Below, in pieces: positions 13,001 to 28,000 of a stretch of DNA of 64,000 bases (the first letter of the stretch is position 1; each line of letters opens with the position of its first letter). Under the pieces are notes generated by a model. It did no database searches. It had not been told where the DNA came from and was given only the letters and a program-made list of their open reading frames with translations. Position numbers and translations under genes: made by a program. Location: contig NC_087247.1 in assembly GCF_037042905.1 (NCBI RefSeq), forward strand, positions 62,248,001 through 62,312,000. Direction: 5' to 3'. The DNA comes from Lytechinus pictus (lineage: Eukaryota).

Positions 13001-16000
13001 CATTTCAGATGTTGATGTTGCTAGCTTTCCATAGTTGCGATTGATCAGATCAATCGCAACTCTTTGAAAGACGGGACCCGGATCTTACTTTGTATGTACA
13101 TGGAGAAATGATGGGACAGGAAGAGATAAAATGCTAAGAGGGATTTCCGTTAAAAGCCGCACTACAGGTGGCTCAGAATTTTTAAAGGTACCTAATAAAG
13201 AATCAATTAGTCCCACTAGGCAATATGATACTCACAGCTCCTGCATAGTGTTGTAACCTAAAGCTGTTATGATCAATGGTCTTGTCTGATTTGAGTTTTC
13301 CTCTGCTCTCAAAGTGTGGATGATCTACAACAGACTTGATGTTGTTTAATTTGTTGAGGAAGGTTTCATCTGACACAGTACCAGGTCTCAGACATTCTTC
13401 ATCTAACATGGCGAGGATACCTGTATTGCTCTATTTAAAAATAAAGATGATAAATGTTAAAAATACAAGGCGAAGCACAGCTCTTCACTTTCTACTTCTA
13501 ACCAATGACTTAATATTTACTTTTGGTCAAATGTTAAAGCAATAAATAACATCAAGTACACATTACAAATAGTCACTAGGTTATGGAACATATAGCACAA
13601 AATAAATATACTATTTCTCTCAAATATGTTAATGTACATGAATTAAAAACTTTAGAAACAGTAAATTTCATATTTACCAATATTTGTTTTGCCTTGAAAT
13701 GAATGACATTAATGCTATGCTATTAAAGTCCACCCCCCTTCATAGATTTGTAAAATGTATGACATTTTTTATTTACTGCTTTTTATCAAATTTAAAAATA
13801 TACTGAAAATATGAATAAGTGTGAGTATTTGTGAACCATATAAACAGAGAATGACATTATTTCAAAACTGACATTACTAGTCATTTTATATGCACATTCA
13901 CATAAAATAGTAAAAATTCACAGTTATTCACAGACTATGCACAAGTATCTTATATGAACATTTAACAATTTAATTTTTAAAAGATATCATATATTTACAT
14001 ACTTCAAAAATATATAAATACCAGGTATGCATTTCATTTCCTTGTTTTTTAAGGGAGGGAGAGTAGAAACCAGCCTTCATGCTCTACAGAATATATACTC
14101 ATAGCATTTGAAAATATGCAAAGAGTGATATACCAGCATACATGTTTTCCTTTATATAATTATATTCCAATCATTCAAGTAAATGATAGCATTGCCACAT
14201 TTCTATTTCCTCAATATTACTTCCAATGGCAATTTATTAAGCTTCTATGCACCCTGACCTTTAAAATACATGAGAATACTTTTTATTTCATATTCTGTAA
14301 CTATAGTTACCAAAGAACATATGTTTGCATCATACTGCATCCAGATGGAGGATTCGATTGTAGTTTCAATACAAAGTAAACATTACTATGATCAAACAGG
14401 CCAGGCTTTTCTATCCCATTTCAAGTGTATCATAATTAGCAAACACTACATTTTGCCATGAAGCATAAATTAAGTATTTCAAAGAAGGAAATGCATATAA
14501 CGTTGACCTACATAAATTGTATAAATTTATGATTTATTTGTAAATGATAGCATTGCCACATTTCGATTTCCTCAATATTGCATCCAATGCCAATTTATTA
14601 AGCTTCAAGACAGCCTGACCTTTAACATACATGAGAATACTTTTTCTTTCATATTCTGTAACCATAGTTACCAAAGAACACATGTTTGCATCATACTGCA
14701 TCCAGATGGAGGATTAGATTGTAGCTGAGTTTCAATACAATGTATACATTAGTGTGATCACTGATCAAACAGGCCAGGCTTTTCTATACCATTTCAAATG
14801 TATCATAATTAGCAAACGCTAGATTTTGACATTAAATTAAATGGCATAAATTTAGTATTTCAGAGGAAATACATATTAATTTGACCTACATATATGGTAT
14901 AAATTTATGATTTATTTGCCTAAAGTAAATATAACCAATAATTTGTATATTCATTTAATTCGTTTTTATGTGGTGCAATGGACATTTTCTCATTTATATA
15001 TCAATATAATTTAGTGCTGTTAAAGTTGCAAAATTAGTAACAATAAACCAATGAAAAAAAATTAACCTTGTATCACTACACAGTAGCGGATAAACAGTGT
15101 ATGTTGCAAAGTAGAAAGCTAAGAATCTGTTTACAGTCTGAAGCGATTTGATAATAGGAGAGAAGTCAATATCTAACAACATGCACAGGAAACATATGTA
15201 AAAAAGAAGATGGGATATATATATATTGCATCCTCTACTCACCTCATCTTCCCGTTCCTTTCACATTGACATATAAATGATTGCAAAAAAATCAAAGCAT
15301 TTAAAGAAAATAGCAAAGCAAAATGAGTGAGAAGCAAAATGAGTGAGGTGCAAAAACAGGGGCAATGAACATGTGAAGAATGAAATAATAAAGAACAATT
15401 AGTACAAAGAAAGCATTAATGTGAGATAGCTTGATGGATAAAACCTGAATTGACAAGTAACACATAACTAAATATGAAAAGAAGGATTTTATGAAAAAAA
15501 TAAAATAATTATGAGCCCTATCAGATGCAGGCACACATAAAGACAAAAGTGGTCAGTGAATTTTGAAGAAAAAATTGACTTGGAGATGAGAAAACTAAAA
15601 AAAAAAAATAACATGAGATTTTGCAAACACAATAAATTATCCAAAAATACACTGGCAGTTACCATTACTAGCATTTCACACACCATCTATCACTCTCTCA
15701 AAAAATTAAACAAATCTTCATCACAGATGCAAACAAAAAGCAGAAAAAATATCAGCTGTTAATATACCAGCATTTCCAACAAGGAAATGATATGTGATAT
15801 GAGATCATAGAGGAAAGGTGGGGAGGGGGGGGGGTAACATGGATGGTAAAAGTTACAGGCTTGATAGAGTGAATGAGAGCAAGTAGCCTAAACAAAGATA
15901 ACATCAGCTAACAGTAATTGCATACAAAGACACACCCTGAGAGAGATATAGACTCACCTTCTCAATAAGATCACATATTGAGATATTATCAAAGTAATCA

Positions 16001-19000
16001 ATATGTGTCCATTCAATCCCTTCTTGAATATATTCTTCCTGCTCTTCTCTCAGCGTTAGCTCTATGAAGATCTGTTGAAGCTTCTCATTGCAGTAATTGA
16101 TGATGAATTGCTCGAAGAAGTTTTTCTGTATCATAATCAAATGAGACCCTTACAAGTACAATCCATTGGTTGTTAGTTTCTTTAGAACATCAGAACATGA
16201 TATATATGATGCACAAAGTAGACTGCAACAAGAATAAGGTAAATATCTAGCAATTTCATCTAGGATTCTTTTTTTATACCTCCATCTTCATCATAGTAAA
16301 ACCAATAAAATGTATTTTTTCATATAGTTTGCAGATCTATGAAAACCCATTGTTTTATCACGGTGCATAATGCAAAGTCTGAATGTAGAGACTACATTCA
16401 CTTATGTACCGTGGCTACTCAAACCATCAGCCAGCTCCCTGCTCTTACATTACACACAAAGTAGATTTAGAGTCTAGTCTCCACTTAAAATAACTAATTT
16501 GTTAAAATATCACATCTGTGCTTGCAGGATATGTTATAGTTATTACATCTTGGTGCAAATATACCCACAGATATATACATAATTATATAGAATAGCTGAA
16601 ATGGAAAAAGTTCAATATTATCTAAAACAAGAAAACTTAACATTGGCATACCTTGAAGATTTCAAACCCGTAGATGTCTAGTACACCCATGACTTTTTTG
16701 GCAGATCCTTTTCTCACCTGCAAAAAAAACATGGACACAAAACATACAGAAATAGGAAGGAAGAGGAATTATGTGAGGATCAGTGTCACTGTATAAACAA
16801 GGTTTAGCTAACAAAGTAGGATAAAGATAACAGTCTTTCTAGAATTACTTGGCACATCGAAGGGTGTGACAAGCCAAACATATAAACCATATGTTAATGT
16901 GATCTCTTTAAAGCAGTACCATCTTCTAAACATTAATAATCATGGCAACATCGGATGAATGTAAACCAATCACCTTAATATATTTTGATCTATGTGTTAG
17001 AGGCTCCATGTTAATCTTAAGCTTATGAGCTTCAAATATTCTTCTGCAAAGAGATATTTCAATATTAATTACACTCTCTATTTAGTATAAGTATGCAGTA
17101 GTAGAACGGATTAACTACTTGCTTAACCATATATGTATATAAAAATAACTGCTTACAAAGAATTTAATACAAGTTACATCCTGCACTTGCATCTAAATTT
17201 TTGTTACTTTCATTAATTTTTTGTGAACCGCTAACCAACAGGTATACATAAAATGCCTGATATGGCACTTCAAAACTTATTTCATACTTTAAGCAGCATA
17301 CAAATAAATTTATGGCAGAATATTAGATAGAAATAAAGAAGAGACAAAATAAAAAATAACATGACTCCTACCAGTAGCCTTCAACCTTTACATTCTAATC
17401 ACACCTATGTTGTAATTTTGTAATGAAACTAAGTTAGGGACTTGCCTTTGTACAAGCTTTGCTTTTTTCGGCGAGACCCTCCGTTTTACTTTTAAATACA
17501 AATGTAATCTGAGATAACTTTATTTATTGAATTGAATTCCTTAATTCTATGATTATGTTATATATATATATATATATTATGTCTTGAGTATTTTTGACCT
17601 TGTTACGTTATGTTTATCATAATATGTACAATTGTGAAAAGGAAATCAATAAATCAAATCCAATCAAATGTCCACAAAAACCCTTAATATATGATTTTAA
17701 ATCTACTTGACTTACCCTGATACTCTCATTGATCGTCCTTACAAGCCATGAGAATAGTCTATCATAGATGGCTTTGCATAAGGCATCCCTGGCATAGAAT
17801 GCCTGAGATGCACTCAAAGTGGTTGTCACCTTATCACCTTTGCCTCCATACATGGTACGCTTGGTAAGGGCTCCCATTACACTATGACGCTCACACTGTA
17901 ACAAGTCACATACACTGTCCATTTCTGAGTTTGAAAGATACAAATTTGAATAATAATGCTATTAAAATAAAGAAAGATGAAAATGACAATGATACAATTG
18001 TCCTAATAATGATCAATGATGATAAAAATGAGAATGATACTAGGCCTATGCATAATAATCTGTCCTCATTGTCAGAAACCAATTCATATGTCACTGTATT
18101 ATTGTCATTGTATTATTCATTATTTTCTTTCATGCATTTTTATATGATTTATGACAAAAATATAATTCCAACTGTCTTTTTTGTATACATGTATGACATG
18201 AATTTCCAAATTGAATAATAGAACATAATAACAATTGAAACTAAATATTGTATTGGAAACTACTTTTTTTAGAAACAAGTCATGTTTTACATTTAGATTT
18301 TCAAAATAAAATGTATATAAGAGACATGAATCTTTATGAAAACGGAAAAAAATATCATTTGAACTTCATTTAAAGCATGAAAAGAACATTTTTGAGAGTT
18401 CTGTCATACATGTAGTGTGTTAACAAAATTATTTAATTCATTTAAAAAGAAAAAGTACATATGGTGCAATGATGACATGATAAGGGCATATCATATAAAC
18501 AAAACTTTATGTGTTAAAAAAACAAGATGAATTTCTTTTTAAAGAACCTAAATTATAATATCGGCTTTCTTTTTTTTAATATGAATTATTCTATTTGCCT
18601 TCTGTTGCAATTACTTACAAAATACTGCCATATGCAATCAATTTAGCAGAGAGAAATAGCCTCCCCATTATACTGAATATGTCAAGTATGCTTGCTAAAG
18701 CTGTATAAATATCCAAAGTCCATGATAAAGTACAATTTGCTTTGAGCTCTTTCACAAAGCAATTATAAACTGTAGCAAAAGAGGGATGCCTAGGGTTTGT
18801 AAATAAAGTGACAACTGTGCACAACCAAGATCCTCATTTGCTGAGCTTCATGTAAATGATTATTAAAGAATGGTAACAGTTCTATCGCTTCAATAATACA
18901 AAAAAAATGCCATGCCGTATTTGAAGGAGCCTTTGGTAAACAATCTACTGGTCATCTATCAAGGGCAATCAATATTAATTTTTATAACTACTTTAAAAAT

Positions 19001-22000
19001 TGTATTTTGGACAGATTAAACAATATTTTATTTCTTAGGTCTAAGGCAATTAAAGTCCAAATCAAGGTTCTTGTCTTATTATCAGGGATGCCACTAGGTG
19101 TCCTCCAAAAATACTGAAACTTGTCGTGGGCAGGGACAGTGTCCAAGAACAGTGAATTGGGGCATTGGCGGCGGAAGCCAATAAATTTAGGGGGGTCCAT
19201 CTTAAATTTTGGGATGGACACAGATAAAAAATTGAACAAGAAAAAAAAAAAAGTTATCAACAGAAATTTTAGGGGGGGGGTCAATCCCCCAATCTCAAAT
19301 TTAGGGGGAAGGACCAAGTGGATTCTTACCTTGTTGTGATCAATAGCTTTTTAAAAAACTGATGGTACGTAAACCTAGTTAGTTGTTGTGTGTTGCTCCT
19401 AGAACGCTAGACCAAAAGCTTCAGTCTCTGTATTTTGGTTGTTCCGCTGAACCGCGTTGGCTCCACTCACCAATACATAGACTGAAGAGTTGTTGGCCCG
19501 TACGTTAAGACAACGTATCAGCTAACCCAGGAAGCTCCGGCCCGCAAAGCTGGCCGGAGCTCCCTGGGTTACATATCAGCATGCAGCAATAATGTTTGAT
19601 CTAACATTCGGCGGAAACCCGATTTTCGGATTGTTTTTTGTACATAAAATGTCACATTATAAAAATATAATTACATCCAAATTTACTAGAAAATATATAA
19701 AATTCAGAAAGATCGTACCTAAGACCGCAATTACCGCTAATTCCTTTCAAATATTGATCAAAACATAGTCATCCTCGACCCTTTCGTTGGTCATCGTAAG
19801 TTGCCATCTTGTATGACGTCATCATCCTTACATACGTATTTACCAGTCGCTATTATATTGCGATTCGTGCCGCTGCTTTGCGCTTGTCTTGTTCGGAACT
19901 TGTCGCTTGCATTGATTGGCCAGGATATCGAGAATTCTTATCGGAAAGCCTTGATAAAAGCACAACTCAATGAACGTAGGGGAAAATATCTCTCACTCGG
20001 TCGATCGACATGCATCGAAATCGAGAGAGAAAGGGGGGAAAAAGGAGGACTTTCAGTTTTTAATACACAGAAAACAGGAAAAGTCGGAAATACTGAAATA
20101 AGACAGATAGCACGGGAAAAGCCGGAATTCCGTATAAAGACGGAAAAGTGGCATCCCTGTATTATTGGTAAGAGTTTAAGAAGGCTATTTTACTACAAAC
20201 TTGTAATGAGACATGGATTTAGAAATTTACAAGGTGGTATGCAGGACAAACACTTACATGGAAGGGAATCATGTGGATTTACCTAGAAACGGGCGACAAA
20301 TACCAGTTGTACCCCCTAAATGACCCACCAAATAGGAGTCAAGAATCAGTATATGCTGCACCTCTAATAGATCTACTAGCTTATTGATGAATCAAAGTAT
20401 AAGAGATGAGGAAGGATAAGGAGGAGTAGGAAGAACCCACCTTCTTGGTTGATGATCTTTACTCCCTCCGTTCCGTTATGGGTTATATACTTCTTGAACT
20501 TGATGTTACCCAGTTTGAGGACACTCGCAAGAAGCTTATAGACAGCAAGGATTTCCTCATCAGCAAACCCAATGATCTGCATGGCTTTCTGAAATATCAA
20601 CATACAAAATTACTCAATAATCACTTAACACTTCTTTTCTTTATCTATTTATCATTTCTGTCTTTAGTTCTCACATTTCTTTATGAGTTACAATGTAATA
20701 CAGATCAAAATGAAGTTGTATTTAAAATATCAATGATATATCAATTTTAAAACATTTCTGCATCAATTTTACAATTGAATGGAGGGTATATTTAACTGAG
20801 AGGGAAAAATACATAAATGCCTAACAATGATCAACATCCGCTATATACTTGCATATATATCTTACTCCCTTGATAAAAAAAAACCAAACAGTATAAATGC
20901 CCAATATGCCTTATATAGTACAGTAAATTCAATCATTTCAAATGTGAAGGATTTAAGATTTTATTTTATTTAAAAAGAAGAAACATCGATAGTTAAAATC
21001 CTTTCCTGACATTCATTATTACCTACTTACAAATTTAATTGAAAGCCATTTCCTTTAAGTACAACTTTGAGAGGTTTTGTGTCATTTCAGGCACTTCATG
21101 GAAATTGATTAATTAGATATTCTGTAAATCCCTAATTTCCTAATTACTATTAAACCAGACTAGTGCCTTGTTTCTCCACCTTTAATGTGAAAAGAGGAAA
21201 GCGACAAATGGGCTTAACTTTAACATAATGGAATTAATCATACTTGGCACCTTACCAGATAATGGAGGAGAGAAACAAACTGGCAAAAAAAAAAAAACTA
21301 AAGAATTTGTTATAGCCGAGATCTCTTTATTATGTTGGTTTATCTAGCTTTTAAGATCCATCTGGTCACTTGCTATTGTATTAGTCAATCAAGCGTTAAT
21401 GATCACATTAACAATAGTTCACAGCAAGTCTATGCATATTATAAATAGAATGACTATTTCTTTAAGGTCCAATGGAATTTGCTGATTTGTTCCAATGTAA
21501 AGGGAGTGGGAGGGTGGTTCCTAAAGATGTAACTCATTTCCAATGGAATATCCTGCCCAGGATATGTAAATCCCACGTTCAGTGCAAACAGGTCATAGTA
21601 TAATACAGTGTATACATAAAAAACTTCTATATCCCCACACACAGATACCTGATATGTCAACCTACATGTAAGCTTATCTCTCTTTTACACCTTGTTAATC
21701 ATTATGGGTCTCTTCATAGAAAATGAAATAAAATAAGTGTTTTCTGCCTATCCACATCTGATAATCCAATTGCTAAATGAAATCTCAAACTTTGATATCA
21801 TACCAAATTATAATTTGGCTTCATTCCTTGGCAATAGTTACATGATTATAATGTTGACCTGATATCCTACTCTGCCAATTCACTGTAAAGTGGAGTTCCT
21901 CATTATTTTCCCCAAGATCGTTCAAAGATACAAAACCCACACCACTTTGGAAGTCCTGAAATATTTAAGTTCACCTTTACTTCATATGTACTCAGTATTC

Positions 22001-25000
22001 ACTTTTGCTTTCCCAAATCACTTTTCAAGTAACATGCAAAGAATACTGCTTCTATATCATACAGCAAAAATATATTATAAATTAAAATGTATTATTTTTT
22101 AGGGAAAAAAAAACAATCAATACAAATACAAGGCAATTATAAAGGAATTTTCTAGAATTTTTTTCATAATTGATTATATTTACCTGTGTTATAGCAAAAT
22201 TATCTCTATCATTGATAGTACCAACATTATGTGTTCCACTTTGGCTGAGGTAATGATAGTCTTCAGGATTACGACTCAATTCTAGTTCATCTAAAGGTTA
22301 TAAATACAGAAATATCTTAGGTTACAACTGAATGTTATTTGATCATGTTTCTTCAATGACTGATCAATTTAAAAAACAAATTGAAGTAAATTGTCTTTTC
22401 TCTAATTTTCAGAGACATAATCATGTATTTTCAGGGAATAATTTTCCTGGTATTGCATCGCAACTTGCTCCATATTTTTGAAAGAATGCTATGCATAAAG
22501 TCTTTTGTATAGCATATTTTTACAGAGGACTGTACATTACTTAGTTGAGAGCTTCTCTCTTATGACCAAAATTTGTAAAGCAAAATTATTCCCTGATTTT
22601 AGTAGTTTAATGCTGTAAATCAAAAAATGACAGTGCACTCTTCCTATGTAATATTCATAATCAAATGCTTTAATAAATGTATGATCAATAGCTACCACCG
22701 CAAAGGCTATCAATCATTAAGAAATAAAATATGTGACATACAATACAATTTACATGTCCATCTATTAAATTTTACTGTCCATCTATATGTAATATTCATG
22801 TATACCTGTCGTTATTTTGACCTGTGCCAATGGAATCTCATTATCAAGTTAAATACAGTATGTCTGCCAATGCAAATCAAAAGGATCTATCAACAATATT
22901 ATTCTGTGTGAGACAATTCTATCCTCTGCAGCAATTATCATCACCTCAACAAAATATTTTCCCTCATCTATTCTAAAGGTGCAAGCAAGCATGTATAAGG
23001 TCGTCTCTACTGCTTGTATTGACCTCATTACACTTTGAAAAGAAATTGATGGTCTGTGCAATACTATATCACCATCTCTCATAACAATCAAGTATGGCTC
23101 ATTAGATATACAAGGAAACATACATGAGGATATGGAAGGGTACGGTGGTTACAAAAATATAATGCCTCTTAACAACATGGGTCTCATTAGAGCCATTACT
23201 CAACTTTAATAAAACAATCACTTTAGGATCAATATAAACATTTTTGTATTCTTTCCCCATATTTATTTTTTCTGCATATTTCTATTATTAAACTCAATAT
23301 AATAAAGCCATATAAACTTACTCATCAATAGCTCTGGTGCTCCTGATAGAAGCTGGTAGAATATATGAAAGTTCCTTTCTCCTTCTGGCTGTGATATCAC
23401 TCGAGATTTCTCTAATAAATCTAAGGGAGTGGGATGGGAATAAAATTTATATAATTCAAACAAAACATATCAATTTCACACAAGTCTAAAGGAATTGCAA
23501 TCCGGGGTATTGTATCATTCAATTCTTTTTATAAAAAGTGGTTGGATTCTCCTCACCCCTCCCCCCCCAAAAAAAATATATATATATATGTTTATTTATG
23601 AAATTGTTTCATCAGTTTTGTAACTTGATTATTTAAATGACTTGGTATTTTCTAAAATAAATATGAAATCTGAATATGAAATTCAGAGTAAGTGTAGATT
23701 CTAAAATTCTTTATAAAGTAGATTTATATAGAGTACAATAAATCTTTTGAATATAAACGGTTAGCTTTTAAAAGGGAAATAAAACATCTAGTTATTATGC
23801 TCCAAGTAATCTTGAAATAATTATCATCTAAAACTATCATTTTGAAATAAAATACATCAAGATTTTTAAAATCCTGATCCACTTACAGTTTGTAATAACA
23901 CCTCCAACCGGATCACCTTTGAAATCAAACTCTATGTCCATATACTTTCCCTAAAAATAAGATAAGGAAATATATTGGTTGATAATACAGCATATACCTT
24001 AAATTAAAGTGTTGGAATATAACCGTGGATAAAACAAATAACTCTTTACCTCAGCCTGCAAAAAGAACTTCATCATCTTAAAATAGTCCATGTACTATGA
24101 TCCAATATCATTAAAATATGCATTTAGAGGCAGATAAATCATCCATTTGTATTTCCAACCTAGATCTGTTTAGATAATCATTTGGTATTACTCAAATCAT
24201 TAATGCAGAATTGATTAGACCTTGTTCTACATCATTTAAATTTGAACATCCTGAATGTGGGCACCATATGTAATCAATATAACTAATAAGAACTGCAATT
24301 TCCTCAGGTAGTTCCATACTGTATCATACATGTATGCTATTTAAACACAGTACTAGAATGATCTGTGTTATTTACTTTTCATAGAAATAATTGTCACACA
24401 ATAACCCAATAGCATAAATCCATTAAAAAAAAATGTAAATATACAACTGTGCTAATTTATACATACATTATACTTTCCCCAATAAATATGAAGTAATGTA
24501 TTATTCAGGGATTACATGTATGTCAAGCCTAGAACAATTCATTAATTGGTATCTGAATGTAGGACAAGAGTACTCCATTTGAAAAAAGACCAACTACATG
24601 TTTACCAAATATCAATCATAATATTACAGACCAACATGTTTGACTTTGATGATCAAAAGACATTTGAAAGGTTTTTTTTCAAGTACTGATTGCAATTTCA
24701 TATCACATGAAGAATAAGTATACAATCTATTAAAATGAAGACTTAATATGCAATAGAATCAAAGAAACTTTACATACTGAACTTTAAACTGGATGAATAA
24801 CAAATACTGTCATTATACATGTAAGCATATATATTATTGATGAGAGCTACAAGGGCACAATTCTATTGCTAATTAAATTATATTTACTGAACATTAGAAT
24901 AGTGGAATGTCAATATCTATTTCTATACAAATTAAACTTAAAAGTAAAATTATGTTTAATCTCAGTTATACACAAAGTCACTATGTTATAATAACACTCA

Positions 25001-28000
25001 ATCATAATCAACGACATCTAAAATTAAAATCATAATTTAATTAATTTAATCAGAATTTCTTTTGACTATTCTGAAATCTAAACATTCTTTTCAATAGCTT
25101 AAATAACTTTTTAAATCCTTTACATCCAAACAACTATATTCATATATTTTTTATTGTACGGCTGTATCATTCATCTTTATTTCATGATTATTGTTTGCGT
25201 TCTCCTCACAGCTTCCAGTTAAAAATAACTCTCTTCATAATTGCGAACTATGCAAATATGATAACTTCATTACAATATTAGTTCACATAGCATTTATACA
25301 AAAAGGTAGAATATCATAGTTTCATAATAAAGAGAAATTTAAGATGCAGTTTACATCAATAAAACAATGGAGGAAATGTAAAAATGGGCAGATACTTACA
25401 AATCTTGATGAGTTGTCATTCCTATTTGTCTTTGCATTTCCAAAAGCTGAAAAATAAGATATGAGGGTTATGAAACAATATTATATAAAGACGTATATAT
25501 AAAATATATAAAATATATATTAATGTAAAAAAAAAAAAACATTACAGGTATACAGTGAAACTTGGAGTATACATAACTAAAGACAACCAAAGGATGACAA
25601 TAAAAATAATGTCTTAATAAAAAAAAGTGGTCTTAATGGATAGGAAATGGGGAAAACTATTGAAAGGAAACCTGTCTTAAACTAAGCACAGATTTTCCTT
25701 CTATACTGGTGGTTGCTAAAGTATAAATACATGTTTATGATTTCCTTGCATGACCTTAATCACAAGCTCCAAGAAATTATTGATGGGGGGGGGGTTGATA
25801 AAAAAAAAGAAATTGACTTTTGAACCCTCAATATAGACAATATAGAAATAACTAATAATAAATACCAAAGAAACCTTTTATAAAACTAAAACTATGAACT
25901 TTATTTATCAGGGGAGCGTTTCATCAATATTTTTGTCTGACGAGTTGTCAGATACCTTGATTCTTAGTTATTGGCTGATAAGAAGTTTTTACTACATGGT
26001 ATCTGTCAGTAAAACCGTACTTGTCAGATAAAGGTCTGAAAAGTCCTTTTTCATAAATACTCCCCAGTACTGCTCACTTCATAATGTAAGTGAATCATTG
26101 TGTTAAATTGACATCTTGCATGTTTCAGTTTTATAAAATTCCAAGACAATGATAAACCCCATATAAGAGCACTATTTCATGGAAGTAATTAGCAATTACA
26201 TGCACTATTTCAGTGAAATACTTTGTTTTGATTGGCTAAGAATCGCTGATTTCCGACTATTGTTACATGAAACTGTCAAGACAATGACAACTTGTCAGCA
26301 TTGAGGCTAACACCAGGAATTCACTGCTCTCACCACTGCTTTCATTTTCCCATTTAATTTTCCCCTTTCATCAACCACATGACCACAGCTTGAGATATTC
26401 AATGATATCCCTATCCTCAATTCAGACATGCTGAGATTCAATATTCATGTAGGGGCTCTTGCTCATCCCTACATTACAACAATAAAAGATTTTTTCCCAT
26501 ACATGTATACATGTACTCTGCACAACACCACAGTTCCCTGCTTAAAACTGTTTGAATTCTCATCTCTCATATTAAGCAAAATTCACACCATGGCTGATTA
26601 TGAATATAACACATTTCAATAGATTTAAAGAGATTAACATTGACCAATGAACACAGATATTTTTTTTCTTCTCTTGTGTGAATGAATCCATTTTCCTCAT
26701 GATCTACATCCTACCAAGCCCCATCTCGATGATGAATCATCACTCATCTCATCTAACCATCACGTCTATCCTTCATCTCAACTACAAACATGATGTCTCC
26801 ATACTCCAAGCTACGCTGTTGCATCAAAATAGATATGGATTATTGATTAACCTATACATGTAGCTATGCACAGTCTGCCAGGTTAATATTCAAGTGATCC
26901 CAACAAAATAATGTGTTCTGTGTGAGATCTACAGAATAAGAGGAAACCTTGAACAAGATGATAAGTTATCTACTCAATCTGGAGCCTTGCTAGGGGCATG
27001 AACATTTCACCTTTTTTTTGTAGCTCAGACGCAGTCCGGACGTATTCTATGATAATTGATATTGAAATTGTTATTCATATACATGTAAGTGTTCAGGAAA
27101 AGGAGAATGAGGAAGAGAGAGTGATAAGAGAGAAAAAGAGGGAGGGGAGAGAGAGCATGCAAGGAGAGAGAGGGGAACAACAAAGAATATTGAATGTTAA
27201 GGAGACTGTTGCCATGGTAATAACAGAAATGCTGAGGAAATGAGAATTCACTCCTTGTTAAAAGGATACTAAAAATTACCTTTGTGCCTGATTGAACATG
27301 TGAACCTACAAACCTTTGCAGAGGCAACAAATGATTATAAATAAAAGGGGTCTTTTTCAAGTAGCTTAAGACTTGGCTGAAATAAAATATATCTTAAGGA
27401 CTCAAGTTGACTTCATGATAAAGGTCAACTTATTTTCAACAGGTACAGTAGGCACTGATCAATATACATGTATGGTAGAATATATGGAAACATCTTAGGT
27501 GTGCATCATCACAAATTTCTAAAATCAATCACTGAATGTAATGGCACACATATTTTAACAACTGGAATGCCTCTGGCCGTCTCACCTGCATCACGCGATT
27601 CAATATAGCAGCAGTGCTGATTTTGAAAACTACTATAACTCGCACACGATGTTCAGTGATACTTGGTTACTCGTATTTCCATGTTTTATGAATTAGACCA
27701 ATACACTTATAGAGATATGATGGCAATTCAACAAATACCCCCAACGTGGCCAAAGTTCTTTGACCTTACATGACCTTTGACCTTGATCATGTGACCTGAA
27801 ACTCGCACAGGATGTTCAGTGATACTTGATTACTCTTATGTCCAAGTTTTATGAACTAGACCAACACACTTTCAAATTTATGGCTGTAATTCAACAAATA
27901 CCCCAATTTGGCCAAAGTTCATTGACCCTAAATGACCTTTGACCTTGATCATGTGACCTGAAACTTGCACAGGATGTTCAGTAATACTTGATTACTATTA

